A stretch of 64,000 bases of DNA from positions 18,930-82,929 of IMG/VR virus record IMGVR_UViG_2565956830_000005. One strand, written 5' to 3'. The notes below the pieces were generated by a model. It was not told the DNA's origin. It searched no databases and saw only the letters and a program-made list of their open reading frames with translations. Positions 34,808 to 43,861 of the stretch are shown piece after piece (positions within the stretch are counted from its first letter, which is position 1; each line of letters starts with the position of its first letter). Source of the stretch: a virus (lineage: Duplodnaviria > Caudoviricetes). The position numbers and the translations under genes are program-made.

Positions 34808-35180
34808 GCTGGCGCGTTGGCTCGGTGAGCAGCTGGCCACAGACGATCGGATTGCCCGGGCTGCAACCGAGGGGCCGTGGTCAGTCGACAGCAAGTCGTA
34901 TGCCGAGTCGATCAGTGCTCCGGACGGCACTCAGGTCGTGGCGGGTGGCCGATGGGGTGGGGAGGCGTCCGTCTTCGAGTCGACGGAGGATGCGCTGCAC
35001 ATCGCTGAGTGGGATCCGGCTCGGGTGCTGCGCGAGGTCGAGAGCAAGCGGGGCATGGTCGTTCGGATCGGCGCCAACGCCACGATCATGGGCTGGGATG
35101 AGGTGCACGGCGACCTGCTGCGCCTGCTCGCGGCTCCGTATGCGGATCGGCCTGGATACCAGGAGGCGTGGCGACCGTAG
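34800..35180 (+). CDS. DUF6221 family protein
   Basis: MDELARWLGEQL...HIAEWDPARVLREVESKR...LRLLAAPYADRPGYQEAWRP. Confidence 0.85.
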   Translation: MDELARWLGEQLATDDRIARAATEGPWSVDSKSYAESISAPDGTQVVAGGRWGGEASVFESTEDALHIAEWDPARVLREVESKRGMVVRIGANATIMGWDEVHGDLLRLLAAPYADRPGYQEAWRP

Positions 35181-35194
35181 CCCGTACGACGAGT

Positions 35195-35220
35195 AGCCCC
35201 ACCTCGGGCGAGGTGGGGCT
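35195..35220 (+). terminator. Hairpin terminator
   Basis: AGCCCCACCTC-GGGC-GAGGTGGGGCT. Confidence 0.7.
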
Positions 35221-35362
35221 CTGTCGTGTTCAGCGCCGTTTCCCGTGAGCCGAGCGCGGCGGTGACGAGCGGCGCCGGTGGGCGGGTTGTACGGGTGATG
35301 GGTTCTGGTGTGTCGGGTTCGGGTTGTGGGGTGTGGGTGTCGCGGTGGGTTGCCTCTCGCGC

Positions 35363-35383
35363 TACATTCGAACATGTGAGCGA
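35363..35383 (+). promoter_or_regulatory. -10 element with overlapping LexA (SOS)-like box
   Basis: TACATT then TCGAACATGTGAGCGA, versus actinobacterial consensus TCGAAC-N4-GTTCGA; covers the GTG start. Confidence 0.6.
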
Positions 35384-35768
35384 ACCTTCTGTGCCGCGTG
35401 TGACTGTCACTCTCCCTGGCGGGCGTACCACTCCTGGGCGGCTGAATACCCGTCGGCGGGATGCTGATGGCCGGTGGTGGTACGAGGTGGTGATCGCGGT
35501 GCCTGCTGCGGCGGTGCAGCCCGTTGATGGCGAGGACTATGCCCAGGTCCCCACCGAGTGTGCTCCCGTGAAGGAGTGGGTCCTTCAGTCGTTCCCTTCC
35601 GGCCAGTCCGAGCGGCGTGCCGTGGTTCTCCATAGGGCCGGTTGCTGGGCTGCGAAGAGGAATCTTGAGGCCGTCGACAGCGATATGGCCGCGGTCTTCA
35701 TCAAGGAGGGGTGGGCCACGGCTTGTGGGGGCTGTGAGCCGGAGCCCAAGAGGACTCGGCGCTCGTGA
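35376..35768 (+). CDS. DUF6233-like protein
   Basis: C-terminal WVLQ...VVLHRAGCW...ACGGCEPE. Confidence 0.75.
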   Translation: MSEPSVPRVTVTLPGGRTTPGRLNTRRRDADGRWWYEVVIAVPAAAVQPVDGEDYAQVPTECAPVKEWVLQSFPSGQSERRAVVLHRAGCWAAKRNLEAVDSDMAAVFIKEGWATACGGCEPEPKRTRRS

Positions 35769-36614
35769 GTTGTGGTGTCTCGCGGGGTTGGCGGGCGGCT
35801 GTCTCTGGGATTGCCGGCGTTGCGTCCGGGGCGGGGTGGTCGTGTGTGGCGGAGGGCCCGGCCGGTGTTGCGTGGCCGGGCCCTCGGTGTGTGCTCGGCT
35901 GCTCTCGGGGAGCAGGCTGCCCGTGCGCGCGCAGCCAGCGGGAGCGTGGGGCAGCGTCGGGGAGTGTATGTGGGGGGTCTGACAATGCGGGCGGCCGCCC
36001 TGTGGAGGGGCGGCCGCGGGGGGTCGTCCAGCCGGGGCGACCGAGAGTGCGTGTACAGGGTGCCATGGGTGCGGGCGCTGTCGCTGGTGTTGTCTGGTTC
36101 TCGCGCGGGTGAGTTGACTGTCTGTGAGGTGTGGTCGACCGTTGTGGGTTAGGCCGGTGGCGCGTGGATGTCCCTTCCCGGGGCGGGACGGTGCCGTGGT
36201 CTGTGCCTGGGTGGGCCGGCGTTCACTGTTGCGGAGTTTGGTGGTGGGTGTCGGGTTGCTCGGGGTGTGCCCTCGCTCGGTGCGGAGCGTGCGAGGGCAC
36301 TCAGCCGCCTTCTGGTGCCGTGGCGGCTGCCGTCTGATGCGGATTCAGGCGGCCCCTGGCGGGAGGGCGGTTGGGCGGGTGGACGGCCCGGGGAGGCCCG
36401 AACAGCCCGTCGCACTTCCCCCGTTGTGTTCAGTTTCCTGCCGGATTGGCCGGAACTCGTAGGGCCGGTTGGGCCGCTTTACGGGCCGTACGGCCCTGTA
36501 TCAGGCTCGATCGCTGCGCTGATGGTCGCTCAGGTGCCTGCACCGTGCCGTCTGGATATCGAATCGCCTCGTCTGCGAGCGGGAAGGGTGCGGGCGGGGC
36601 TACTCTCCCGGCGC

Positions 36615-37220
36615 ATGGACATCTCGTGGGGCAACGTGGCCTCCCTCGCTGCGGCGGGGCTCAGTGCGGTGGCTGCTGCTGGTGCGTGGTTGGCGGCGCA
36701 CCGGTCGGCGAACACTGCGGATACGGTCGCGCGGATTGAGCAGGATCGCTGGCATGCGGATCTGCTGCCCCAGTTCATCGTCAGCCTCGGGCCCTTGGAA
36801 GGCGATCGCGGCACGCTCCACGTGCACCTGGCCGGGCCACTCCCGCTGTGTCACCTGGATGAGATCCGTATCGAGATCGTGCAGAGCGATGACATGTCCT
36901 ACACGTCGACTCTCGCGGGTGGTGTGTCGCAGGAGGAGATCGATGCGCAGGTGTGGGGGCCGCTCCGGTTTTCGTACGGTGCGAATGGCGCGGACATCAA
37001 CGGGAGCACGGTCGATCCGTTCGATCTGGCGGTGGGCCGGGGACACCCGTTCAGTGTCGAACTGACGCGTCCGCCGCGGTGGATCGAGGGCAACGACCGG
37101 GCCGTACGGTGGCGTGAGCGGTGGGCGGGCAAGCCGATGCGACTGGTCCTGACGTGCCGGCGGGACGGTTTCAAGGACTGGGTGGTGCCCCGCGAGGTAG
37201 AGGTCCCGCAGGGCACCTGA
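36615..37220 (+). CDS. N-terminally membrane-anchored protein (moron)
   Basis: TM VASLAAAGLSAVAAAGAWLA; TACTCT lies 8 nt upstream of the ATG, no RBS. Confidence 0.75.
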   Translation: MDISWGNVASLAAAGLSAVAAAGAWLAAHRSANTADTVARIEQDRWHADLLPQFIVSLGPLEGDRGTLHVHLAGPLPLCHLDEIRIEIVQSDDMSYTSTLAGGVSQEEIDAQVWGPLRFSYGANGADINGSTVDPFDLAVGRGHPFSVELTRPPRWIEGNDRAVRWRERWAGKPMRLVLTCRRDGFKDWVVPREVEVPQGT

Positions 37221-37272
37221 CCGCGCCAGGCCACCACCGGGACGGTGCGCGGCGCGGGACGCGCGCGGTGTG

Positions 37273-37611
37273 TCAGTCGAGGCCGCGCCGGTGCGCCTCG
37301 CGGCGGATCCGTACGGCCAACGTGCAGGCCTGGGTGGCGCGTTGGCGCTGGTCGCCGGTCAGGTGTTCCGGGATGGGGCTCGCAGTGCCGTCCGGTTGGA
37401 GGAACAGGTCGGCCTTGCGGGGCAGCGACAGGGCATCGGCTGCTGCGTGGCAGTCGGTCCAGCCGATGCGGTGGCCTGAGGGTGGGCACACCCAGTCTGC
37501 GTAGACGGTGGCGAGCAGGTGGTGTGCGGGTTGGCCGCCGAGTTCCGTTTCGTACGGCTCGGGCAGCTGCCGGTTGATGAACTTGGCGGCGTTGACGCGG
37601 CCGTGGGCCAT
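37273..37611 (-). CDS. Hypothetical protein
   Basis: ATG 37611 with GGAGGA RBS. Confidence 0.7.
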   Translation of the reverse strand: MAHGRVNAAKFINRQLPEPYETELGGQPAHHLLATVYADWVCPPSGHRIGWTDCHAAADALSLPRKADLFLQPDGTASPIPEHLTGDQRQRATQACTLAVRIRREAHRRGLD

Positions 37612-37628
37612 GAGTCCTCCCGGACTCT

Positions 37629-37958
37629 TCAGCAGTCGTTCCCCGACCGCGATAGGCCCCGCGCCTGAGGCGAGTGTATGCGGCTCGCCTGCGGAGTGTT
37701 CCGGCAGCAGTCGGCACGCCAGCCCGCTGGCGTCTCGAGCCGGATCTGGACGCCAGGCGCGAACGGCTCCCCGCAGGCCGCGCACCGCCCTTCGCGGACG
37801 GCGGTGAACCAGGGCCGCTCCACAGGCGTGGGCCTGGCGGCCGGGGACGCCGACGCCCTTCGGGAAGGGACGCCGGCGTGCCCGGTTTCGGCAGGGGTGG
37901 GGCGGCAGTGCGCGCACATGCCGGGTTGCAGGTCGGTGAAGTCGCAGCGCTCGGTCAT
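37629..37958 (-). CDS. Cys-rich hypothetical protein
   Basis: CDFTDL...CAHC, GRCAACGEPF; TGATG overlap. Confidence 0.6.
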   Translation of the reverse strand: MTERCDFTDLQPGMCAHCRPTPAETGHAGVPSRRASASPAARPTPVERPWFTAVREGRCAACGEPFAPGVQIRLETPAGWRADCCRNTPQASRIHSPQARGLSRSGNDC

Positions 37959-38215
37959 CAGTCCTTGAGGGCCGGGACGGCGGTGGTGGTGTCGAGGCGT
38001 GCTTTGAGGGCGGGGTCGGGGGTGCAGTCGCCGGTGCAGCCAGGTGGGCACCAGGCGGTGGCCGCGGGGTGGGCGTCCAGCGCCTGGAGGACGACGGAGG
38101 GTTCGCCGGCGACCTGGTGGGGGTGGTGGGCGATGAGCCAGAGGACGCGGTCGAGGGCGCGGGTCTTGTCGGTGTAGGCGTCGAGGAGGGCGTCGACGTT
38201 GTGCTGAGCGGGCAT
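37958..38215 (-). CDS. Hypothetical protein
   Basis: 85 aa, coupled. Confidence 0.55.
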   Translation of the reverse strand: MPAQHNVDALLDAYTDKTRALDRVLWLIAHHPHQVAGEPSVVLQALDAHPAATAWCPPGCTGDCTPDPALKARLDTTTAVPALKD

Positions 38216-38217
38216 GG

Positions 38218-39018
38218 TCACTGTTCCTGGGGGTCTGGGGTGGTGGGGCTCAACGTCGGTAGCGGCGGGACTACTTGGGCGAGCCAGCTGGTGGGTTCTG
38301 TCGTGAAGTGGGGTGCTGGGCTGCTCTCCCACCACGACCTGGTGGCGAGGACCGTGTTTTCGGTGCTGGTGCGTTTGTCGGTGTACGTCGTCTCCCGCTC
38401 GCCGAGGTGGCGCACGGTGACGCGTCCGCGTTTGCAGCCGTCGGGGTAGTCGCTCCAGTTCACGCCTTTCTCGGACCACAGCAGTTCCTGCATGCCGGCG
38501 CTGTTCACGCCGTGGAGGCGTTGGTGGGAGAAGTGGGCCTGGGCGGCCATGCTGATGCTGTTGCTGACGGCGTCGCGTTGCCGTCCGATGAAGTAGTTCG
38601 CGACCTCGACCGGGTCGTTGATGGTGAAGACGCGGGCGTCGAAGAGTCCTCGTCGGCCGGGGCGGCGTTCGTTGAGGACGGCGGTCGCGAGGGATGCGGC
38701 GATGCTGAGCTGTTTCGCGATGACGCCGCCGAACCAGGGCTGCGTGGTGGGGGTGTCGAAGTCGGTGATCAGGATGCTGATTTCGTCGGACTGGCTGTAA
38801 GCGAAGCGGGCGCCGGCGATCTCGGTGCAGAGGGCTTCGGCGACGGCGTCCATGTCGGCCATGAACGCCTCGTCGAACGGCCGCTGCGCGCCGGCCAGGT
38901 AGGAGTGGAAGGCGCGGCCGTCGACGCGGAGTACGGCGTGTGTGCGGCGGGGCAGCACAGTCCGATAGGGGGCCTCGTACTGCTTCATGCGCTCGGCGAG
39001 CGGGGCGTTGTCGCTCAT
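38218..39018 (-). CDS. thg1: Thg1-like tRNA(His) guanylyltransferase / 3'-5' polymerase
   Basis: RMKQYE, LRVDGRAFH, RPFD, YSQSDEISI, FDARVF, RQRDAVSNS. Confidence 0.92.
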   Translation of the reverse strand: MSDNAPLAERMKQYEAPYRTVLPRRTHAVLRVDGRAFHSYLAGAQRPFDEAFMADMDAVAEALCTEIAGARFAYSQSDEISILITDFDTPTTQPWFGGVIAKQLSIAASLATAVLNERRPGRRGLFDARVFTINDPVEVANYFIGRQRDAVSNSISMAAQAHFSHQRLHGVNSAGMQELLWSEKGVNWSDYPDGCKRGRVTVRHLGERETTYTDKRTSTENTVLATRSWWESSPAPHFTTEPTSWLAQVVPPLPTLSPTTPDPQEQ

Positions 39019-39023
39019 CGTGG

Positions 39024-39242
39024 TCAGTCCCAGGTGATGTCGTTGTTGGCGAAGGCCTTCACGATGGCGGGATCGTCGAGGAAGAGCTGGAGGGAGTCGA
39101 GTTCGGTGTCCCAGTCCTCCTCTTTGAGGTTGGCGATGAGCGGGGTGAGCGTCTCTTCTTTCAGCTCGTCGGAGGCGCCGGCCTTGATGAGGGCGCGGGC
39201 GACCGGGTTGAAGAATGTGAGGCCTGCGCTGCCGAATCCCAT
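39024..39242 (-). CDS. Small acidic hypothetical protein
   Basis: CAGGAG RBS; LIANLKEEDWDT. Confidence 0.7.
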   Translation of the reverse strand: MGFGSAGLTFFNPVARALIKAGASDELKEETLTPLIANLKEEDWDTELDSLQLFLDDPAIVKAFANNDITWD

Positions 39243-39493
39243 AGCTGTTGTCTCCTGTGTTCGATGATCTGTGCGGCTTCGTCGAGGCGTGTGGCGTGGC
39301 GGTTGCGGCGCCAGTGGCGGGTGCGGATGAACTTCACGTCGGCCAGGCCGCGGAGGTCTTCCGGGGTACTCGCGTACAGGACTTCCGGGTCGTGGGGTGA
39401 GAGGCCGCTGTCGTAGCACCAGGCGTTGAAGCGTTCCCGGGAGGAGGCGAGGACGACCAGGAGGGGATGACCCGTGGCAAGGGGAGGCGTCAC
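39161..39493 (-). CDS. Hypothetical protein
   Basis: GTGA overlap start; the tail overlaps the next gene. Confidence 0.5.
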   Translation of the reverse strand: MTPPLATGHPLLVVLASSRERFNAWCYDSGLSPHDPEVLYASTPEDLRGLADVKFIRTRHWRRNRHATRLDEAAQIIEHRRQQLWDSAAQASHSSTRSPAPSSRPAPPTS

Positions 39494-39942
39494 TTTTTGC
39501 CCGCGCTCGCGATGACCGGCAGGCCGTCGGCGCCGGTCGGGATGTAGATCACCGAGCTGTTCTTGCCCGAGACTGCGATCTCCTTCAGTGCCTCGGTCAT
39601 CTCGAACTGGACGTAGAGCGGCGTCAGAGTCGTCGCGATCTCGTCCTGCGCCTCGCGGATGCCCTTGGACTTCTCGAAGCGGATTTGCGCCTTCTGCTGC
39701 TCGATCTTCACGCGCTGCTTCTGCTGGCTGATCTCGATCTCGTTGAGCCTGACCCGGTTGTTGGCCTTGATCCGGCTCGTCGTGACGTAGTTCTTCGTGT
39801 CCTGGACGGCCTGGTAACGGTCGTAGGTCCTGTAGCCCCACATGCAGCCGAGGATGATCGCGACGAGCGCGGTGAGGCCGATGGCGACGGTGATGGTGGC
39901 GTAGCGGAAGTTCTGCTGGTCCTGGGCGGTGCTGCCGGTCAT
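39490..39942 (-). CDS. Membrane-anchored coiled-coil protein (SPFH/band-7-like C-terminus)
   Basis: One TM, AQIRFEKSKGIREAQ, VIYIPTGADGLPV. Confidence 0.75.
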   Translation of the reverse strand: MTGSTAQDQQNFRYATITVAIGLTALVAIILGCMWGYRTYDRYQAVQDTKNYVTTSRIKANNRVRLNEIEISQQKQRVKIEQQKAQIRFEKSKGIREAQDEIATTLTPLYVQFEMTEALKEIAVSGKNSSVIYIPTGADGLPVIASAGKK

Positions 39943-40010
39943 GGGTGTTGGTCTCCCTTGAGTTGAGTGGGCCCGCCAATTCGGGTGGCCGGGCACATGT
40001 TTCGGGACGG

Positions 40011-41816
40011 TCAGGCGGGGTGTTCGGCCTCGTACGTCTCGGCCACCGCTGCCGGGCTGGGCGCAGGCCCGGTGTGCCGGCAGTGGACGCCCGTGTACTT
40101 GTTGTTGATCCGGCACCGTTCGCGTTGGCGCCGCGCCCACTCCCGGAGCTCTTCCGCGTCCTCGGGGTGTACGAGCGTTGCTGCCGTGAGGAGTTCGGCG
40201 GTTTCGCAGGCGGTGGATGTGTACGGCGGGATGTCGAGCAACGCGAGGATGTGGGCGGGGAGCTGCTCGCGGGTGTCGCCAGGCGGCGGTGGCGTCCAGG
40301 CGATCGCTGTCGGAGCGGGCGCGGCCTCGGCCCGTCCCGCTCTCCGGGCGTATTCGGTGTTCGTCTCGTTGAGTTCGCCGACGACTTCGGCGTACCGGTC
40401 GAGGTCGTCGTAGAGCTGCTCCAGGTCCTCGACGGTCAGGTCTGCCAGGGGGATGCGGTCCTCGTGGTCCGGGTTGGGGGCACGGTCCAGGGCGCGTACT
40501 GCGCGGAGGGCTTGGAGGACGGCGAACACGTGGTGGAGGGGGATGCCCCGGCGCGCGGAGTGGATGCGTTGCGCGGTGACCTTATCGGCGGTGGCGCCGT
40601 CGGCGAGTTCTTGCGCGGTGGGTACGGGGACGGGTGCTTGAGCGGCGAGGACGGCGAACTGGTCGCGGAGGTAGCCGGACTGGCGTGTGAGGCCGGTGAG
40701 GTCGTCTTCCTCGGGGGTGACGAGCGACTGGTCGGATCCTTGCGCCCTGTGTCCGTTCCCGTTGGTCAGGGCGGACAGTCCGCTTGCGAGTTGCCGGGCG
40801 AGGGTGGGGTGGACGATGAGGCGGCGGGCGCGTTCGCGGTCGGGCTGTTCGAGGGCGTAGCCCGTGAAGTCGACCATGCAGGGGATGAATTCAGGGGTGT
40901 CGGGGTGGGGCTCGGCGAGGGCGGCTGCGAACCCGTTCGGGACGAAGACGTCCATCACCTGGGCGGAGTCGTGGCCGGGCAGCGTGGTGTCGGATTCGTA
41001 GACGCACTCGGTGCCGCAGCCGTGGCACCGCGGCTTGTGGTCGCGCTTCTTGCAGCCGCAGATGCACGCGGCCTCAGTCTCCGGCGGTGTGCGGTTGCCG
41101 GTCGTCAGTACGGTGATGAAGTCGGCTTTCAGTTTCCGGGTCTGTTCGAGGGTGAGGCCCTTCGGGCCGGCCGTCGGGATGGCTTCGGCGCTGTCGCCCG
41201 GCGTCGGCGTGGGCATCGTGTACGCGTACGGCCCGTTCGGGTCGGGCGGACATTCCGGGTGCTGGATGCCCCCGTGCTCGCGGGCCTGGCGGTCTGTTGA
41301 GAACTTTCCCGAACCGGCCCCGCAGGTGGTGCAGGTCCAGAACCAGCCGGTGTCACGGGGGTTGTCGACGACGATCGGCCCGGCCGCTGCCGGGAGTGGC
41401 CGGGCCTCGTCCAGGAGGGCGAGGATCTCGGACGGCCAGAGAGTGTCCGCGTCACATGGCTGTCCGTCCGCGCCTTCGGCCGTGTTGGCCTCGGCGAGAG
41501 CCCGTACGCGGGCGATGGCGGCCTCGGCGTTCTCGACGCGGCAGGCGTAGCACCAGTCCGCGCACGGCAGCAGCGCTGTGGTGCCGTCGGGGCGGAGCAA
41601 GCTGAACTGCATGTGGTTGGGGAAACGCTCGATGAACGCGAGCCAGTGTTCGGCCTGTGCCTCGGCGGAAGCGGCACGGGTGGTTGCGGAGGCGAGGGCC
41701 TCGCGCGCGGTGGCGAGTTGCCGTTGCGACTCGGTTTCCTCGGCTGCTTTCAGTTGCTCGTAGAGGGCGTTGAGGGCGTCGGTGGTGATCGTGTCGATGG
41801 TGTGGCGGTCGGCCAT
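40011..41816 (-). CDS. Large mosaic hypothetical protein
   Basis: 601 aa, GGGAGG RBS; concatenated short modules, several CxxC. Confidence 0.75.
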   Translation of the reverse strand: MADRHTIDTITTDALNALYEQLKAAEETESQRQLATAREALASATTRAASAEAQAEHWLAFIERFPNHMQFSLLRPDGTTALLPCADWCYACRVENAEAAIARVRALAEANTAEGADGQPCDADTLWPSEILALLDEARPLPAAAGPIVVDNPRDTGWFWTCTTCGAGSGKFSTDRQAREHGGIQHPECPPDPNGPYAYTMPTPTPGDSAEAIPTAGPKGLTLEQTRKLKADFITVLTTGNRTPPETEAACICGCKKRDHKPRCHGCGTECVYESDTTLPGHDSAQVMDVFVPNGFAAALAEPHPDTPEFIPCMVDFTGYALEQPDRERARRLIVHPTLARQLASGLSALTNGNGHRAQGSDQSLVTPEEDDLTGLTRQSGYLRDQFAVLAAQAPVPVPTAQELADGATADKVTAQRIHSARRGIPLHHVFAVLQALRAVRALDRAPNPDHEDRIPLADLTVEDLEQLYDDLDRYAEVVGELNETNTEYARRAGRAEAAPAPTAIAWTPPPPGDTREQLPAHILALLDIPPYTSTACETAELLTAATLVHPEDAEELREWARRQRERCRINNKYTGVHCRHTGPAPSPAAVAETYEAEHPA

Positions 41817-41820
41817 GGGG

Positions 41821-42153
41821 TCAGTCCTCCCTGGGTTCGCGGTAGTTGATGGCGAAGCCGGGCAGCCCGAGGCCGAAGTCGGGGTCGGCGGAGGCCGGGC
41901 GGAGTGGTGCGCGCAGTTCGGTTTCGTCGACGCTGCACGCGGGGTGTCGCTGGGACATGCCGGCGGGGACGCCGGTCCAGCGGAAGGGCTCCCTGCAGTC
42001 CCGGCAGTTGACCTTGATGTCGGCGTGGTAGCCGACGACGGTGGGGTCGGTCGCGGTGACGCGGTTGACGTCGATGTAGGCGTCGAAGTTGTCGTGCGGG
42101 CATGGGCGATCGGGGTCTGGGGACCGGGTCACCGGCTGGTCGGGGGCGGCCAT
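41821..42153 (-). CDS. Hypothetical protein
   Basis: CPHDNF...CRDC; GAGGAG RBS. Confidence 0.7.
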   Translation of the reverse strand: MAAPDQPVTRSPDPDRPCPHDNFDAYIDVNRVTATDPTVVGYHADIKVNCRDCREPFRWTGVPAGMSQRHPACSVDETELRAPLRPASADPDFGLGLPGFAINYREPRED

Positions 42154-42157
42154 GGGC

Positions 42158-42739
42158 TTACGGCTCCTCGTCGTGGGGGTTTTCGTCCACGTCGGCTACG
42201 GCTGTGGCCTGGGCGGATACGGCGGAGTGGACTACCGGCGCGGCGGACGCTGAGGGATCGTCCAGGAGCGGCTCTCCCGCTCGGGTGGGTGGAGGAGTGT
42301 CGGTCGCTCGACGACCGGGTTCGCGGAACTCCTCGGCTGGTAGCGGGCGTCCGGTCTTGAGGGCCCACCAGCCGGCGCAGACCTGTTCGCCGATCGGGAT
42401 GGTGTGGGTGGCGCCGTCGGGGCGGTAGGTGGCGATGGGCTCGTACGAGCCGCCGTAGCCCTTGGTCATGCCGTGGTGGCACCAGAACGGGGCGTCGACG
42501 GGCAGCTGGGCGCCGTTGGCTTCGAGTTCGGGAGAGCCGGAGCGGAAGGCGCAGTCGACGCAGGCGCGGCGCATCACTCCGGGTGGGAGAGGTGCGGGGG
42601 TGAGTTCGGATTCGTCCCAGCCGCCGACGTCGTTGGTGAGGCCGATGCCGTGGCAGTGGAGACAGCGGCCCTGGGACTGGCCCATGTCGCCTTCGGTGCA
42701 GAACGGGCAGCGCCAGCGGTAGACGACGAGTTCGGTCAC
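42158..42739 (-). CDS. Cys-rich protein (DUF6283-like CxxC...FxCH...CAGW)
   Basis: CVDCAFR, PFWCHH, VCAGWW. Confidence 0.6.
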   Translation of the reverse strand: MTELVVYRWRCPFCTEGDMGQSQGRCLHCHGIGLTNDVGGWDESELTPAPLPPGVMRRACVDCAFRSGSPELEANGAQLPVDAPFWCHHGMTKGYGGSYEPIATYRPDGATHTIPIGEQVCAGWWALKTGRPLPAEEFREPGRRATDTPPPTRAGEPLLDDPSASAAPVVHSAVSAQATAVADVDENPHDEEP

Positions 42740-43008
42740 GGGGCGTCCACCCTCTGAAGGCCCGCGGCCTGCAGCTCCGCCGTGCGGGCGTGCTGGCGGC
42801 GTGCCCGGGCTTCGTAGTAGGCCGCTTCGGCGCGGAGGTCGACGAGCTCGTCCTGCTCGAGGATGGCCGCGATCGGGACGAAGGAGAACAGCAGGAAGAT
42901 CCCCGCGACCGGGTAGTTGCCGAAGAGGTACTGCTGCACGGCGCACCAGGCGGACCAGACGCTGTGGAAGGCGTAGAGCAGGACGACGATGCGGGCGCGG
43001 ACACTCAC
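42736..43008 (-). CDS. Two-TM small protein
   Basis: 90 aa, coupled overlaps. Confidence 0.7.
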   Translation of the reverse strand: MSVRARIVVLLYAFHSVWSAWCAVQQYLFGNYPVAGIFLLFSFVPIAAILEQDELVDLRAEAAYYEARARRQHARTAELQAAGLQRVDAP

Positions 43009-43451
43009 GAGGCGCTCCCGGCGGATTCGTCGGCCCAGTGCACGGTGATGGCCGGGTCATCGCCGGTGAGGGCTTCCACGGAGACGGCGCCGACGAGGCC
43101 GGCGTAGGGGTCGTCGGCGAGGACTCTGCCGGAGGGGAACTGGACGCCGTGCATGTCCGGGTGGCCAGGGTGCTGGAGGACGAAGCGTCGGGCGAACTGG
43201 ACCCCGGCCAGGCCGTGCGGAGGCTCGCCCCCGGTGGAGTGGTGCGCGGTGCGGCGGACGGCGGCGAGGAGTTCGTCGGTCTCGTCGGCGAGGACGTGGA
43301 CTGCGGCGCCTCCTTCGCCGTCGGCGCGGGCGGTGCGGAGGCTGACTGCCGGTTTGCCGTGGCGGTGTGAGGGTTCGATGACGAGTTCGTCGCCGTCGAT
43401 GTCGGTGAAGCGGATCGGGTTGGCCGGGTCGTCGCTGTAGAGGAACGTCAC
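43005..43451 (-). CDS. Hypothetical protein
   Basis: 148 aa, HGVQFPSGRVL. Confidence 0.7.
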   Translation of the reverse strand: MTFLYSDDPANPIRFTDIDGDELVIEPSHRHGKPAVSLRTARADGEGGAAVHVLADETDELLAAVRRTAHHSTGGEPPHGLAGVQFARRFVLQHPGHPDMHGVQFPSGRVLADDPYAGLVGAVSVEALTGDDPAITVHWADESAGSAS

Positions 43452-43861
43452 TGCTGACCTCCGTCGTCGATCGTGCGGGCTGTAGCGAGCGCGGCTTCGT
43501 CGCGGTGGCGAGCCTTCGCCTGGAGGTGGTCGTAGTTGACCGCGCGGGCCAGGACGAGAGCGGGTTCGTCGGCGCTCACTTCGGTGCCGTCGAGGGCATC
43601 GGCGGTCTGGTCGAGGAGCTTGGCGAGGGCGCGGCCGACGCCGGGGTGCATGGCGCAGATGTACTGGGCATCGGTCGGCTCGTGGTGGGGGTCGGTGGTG
43701 GTGCTGGCGACGCGGTACGGGACGCCGATGTTGCTGATGGTCTGCGGGTAGTGGCGTGCCTGTTCGTTGACGATGTACCAGGGGCCGCGGTTGTCGCCGA
43801 GCGCCTGGACGAGGTCGTCCAGCTTGGCTGCCGCGGCACGGATCTCTTCGGTAGGTGTCAT
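43448..43861 (-). CDS. Hypothetical protein (GPW...DAxYIxAMHP family)
   Basis: Paralogous to the C-terminus of 43858-44778. Confidence 0.7.
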   Translation of the reverse strand: MTPTEEIRAAAAKLDDLVQALGDNRGPWYIVNEQARHYPQTISNIGVPYRVASTTTDPHHEPTDAQYICAMHPGVGRALAKLLDQTADALDGTEVSADEPALVLARAVNYDHLQAKARHRDEAALATARTIDDGGQQ

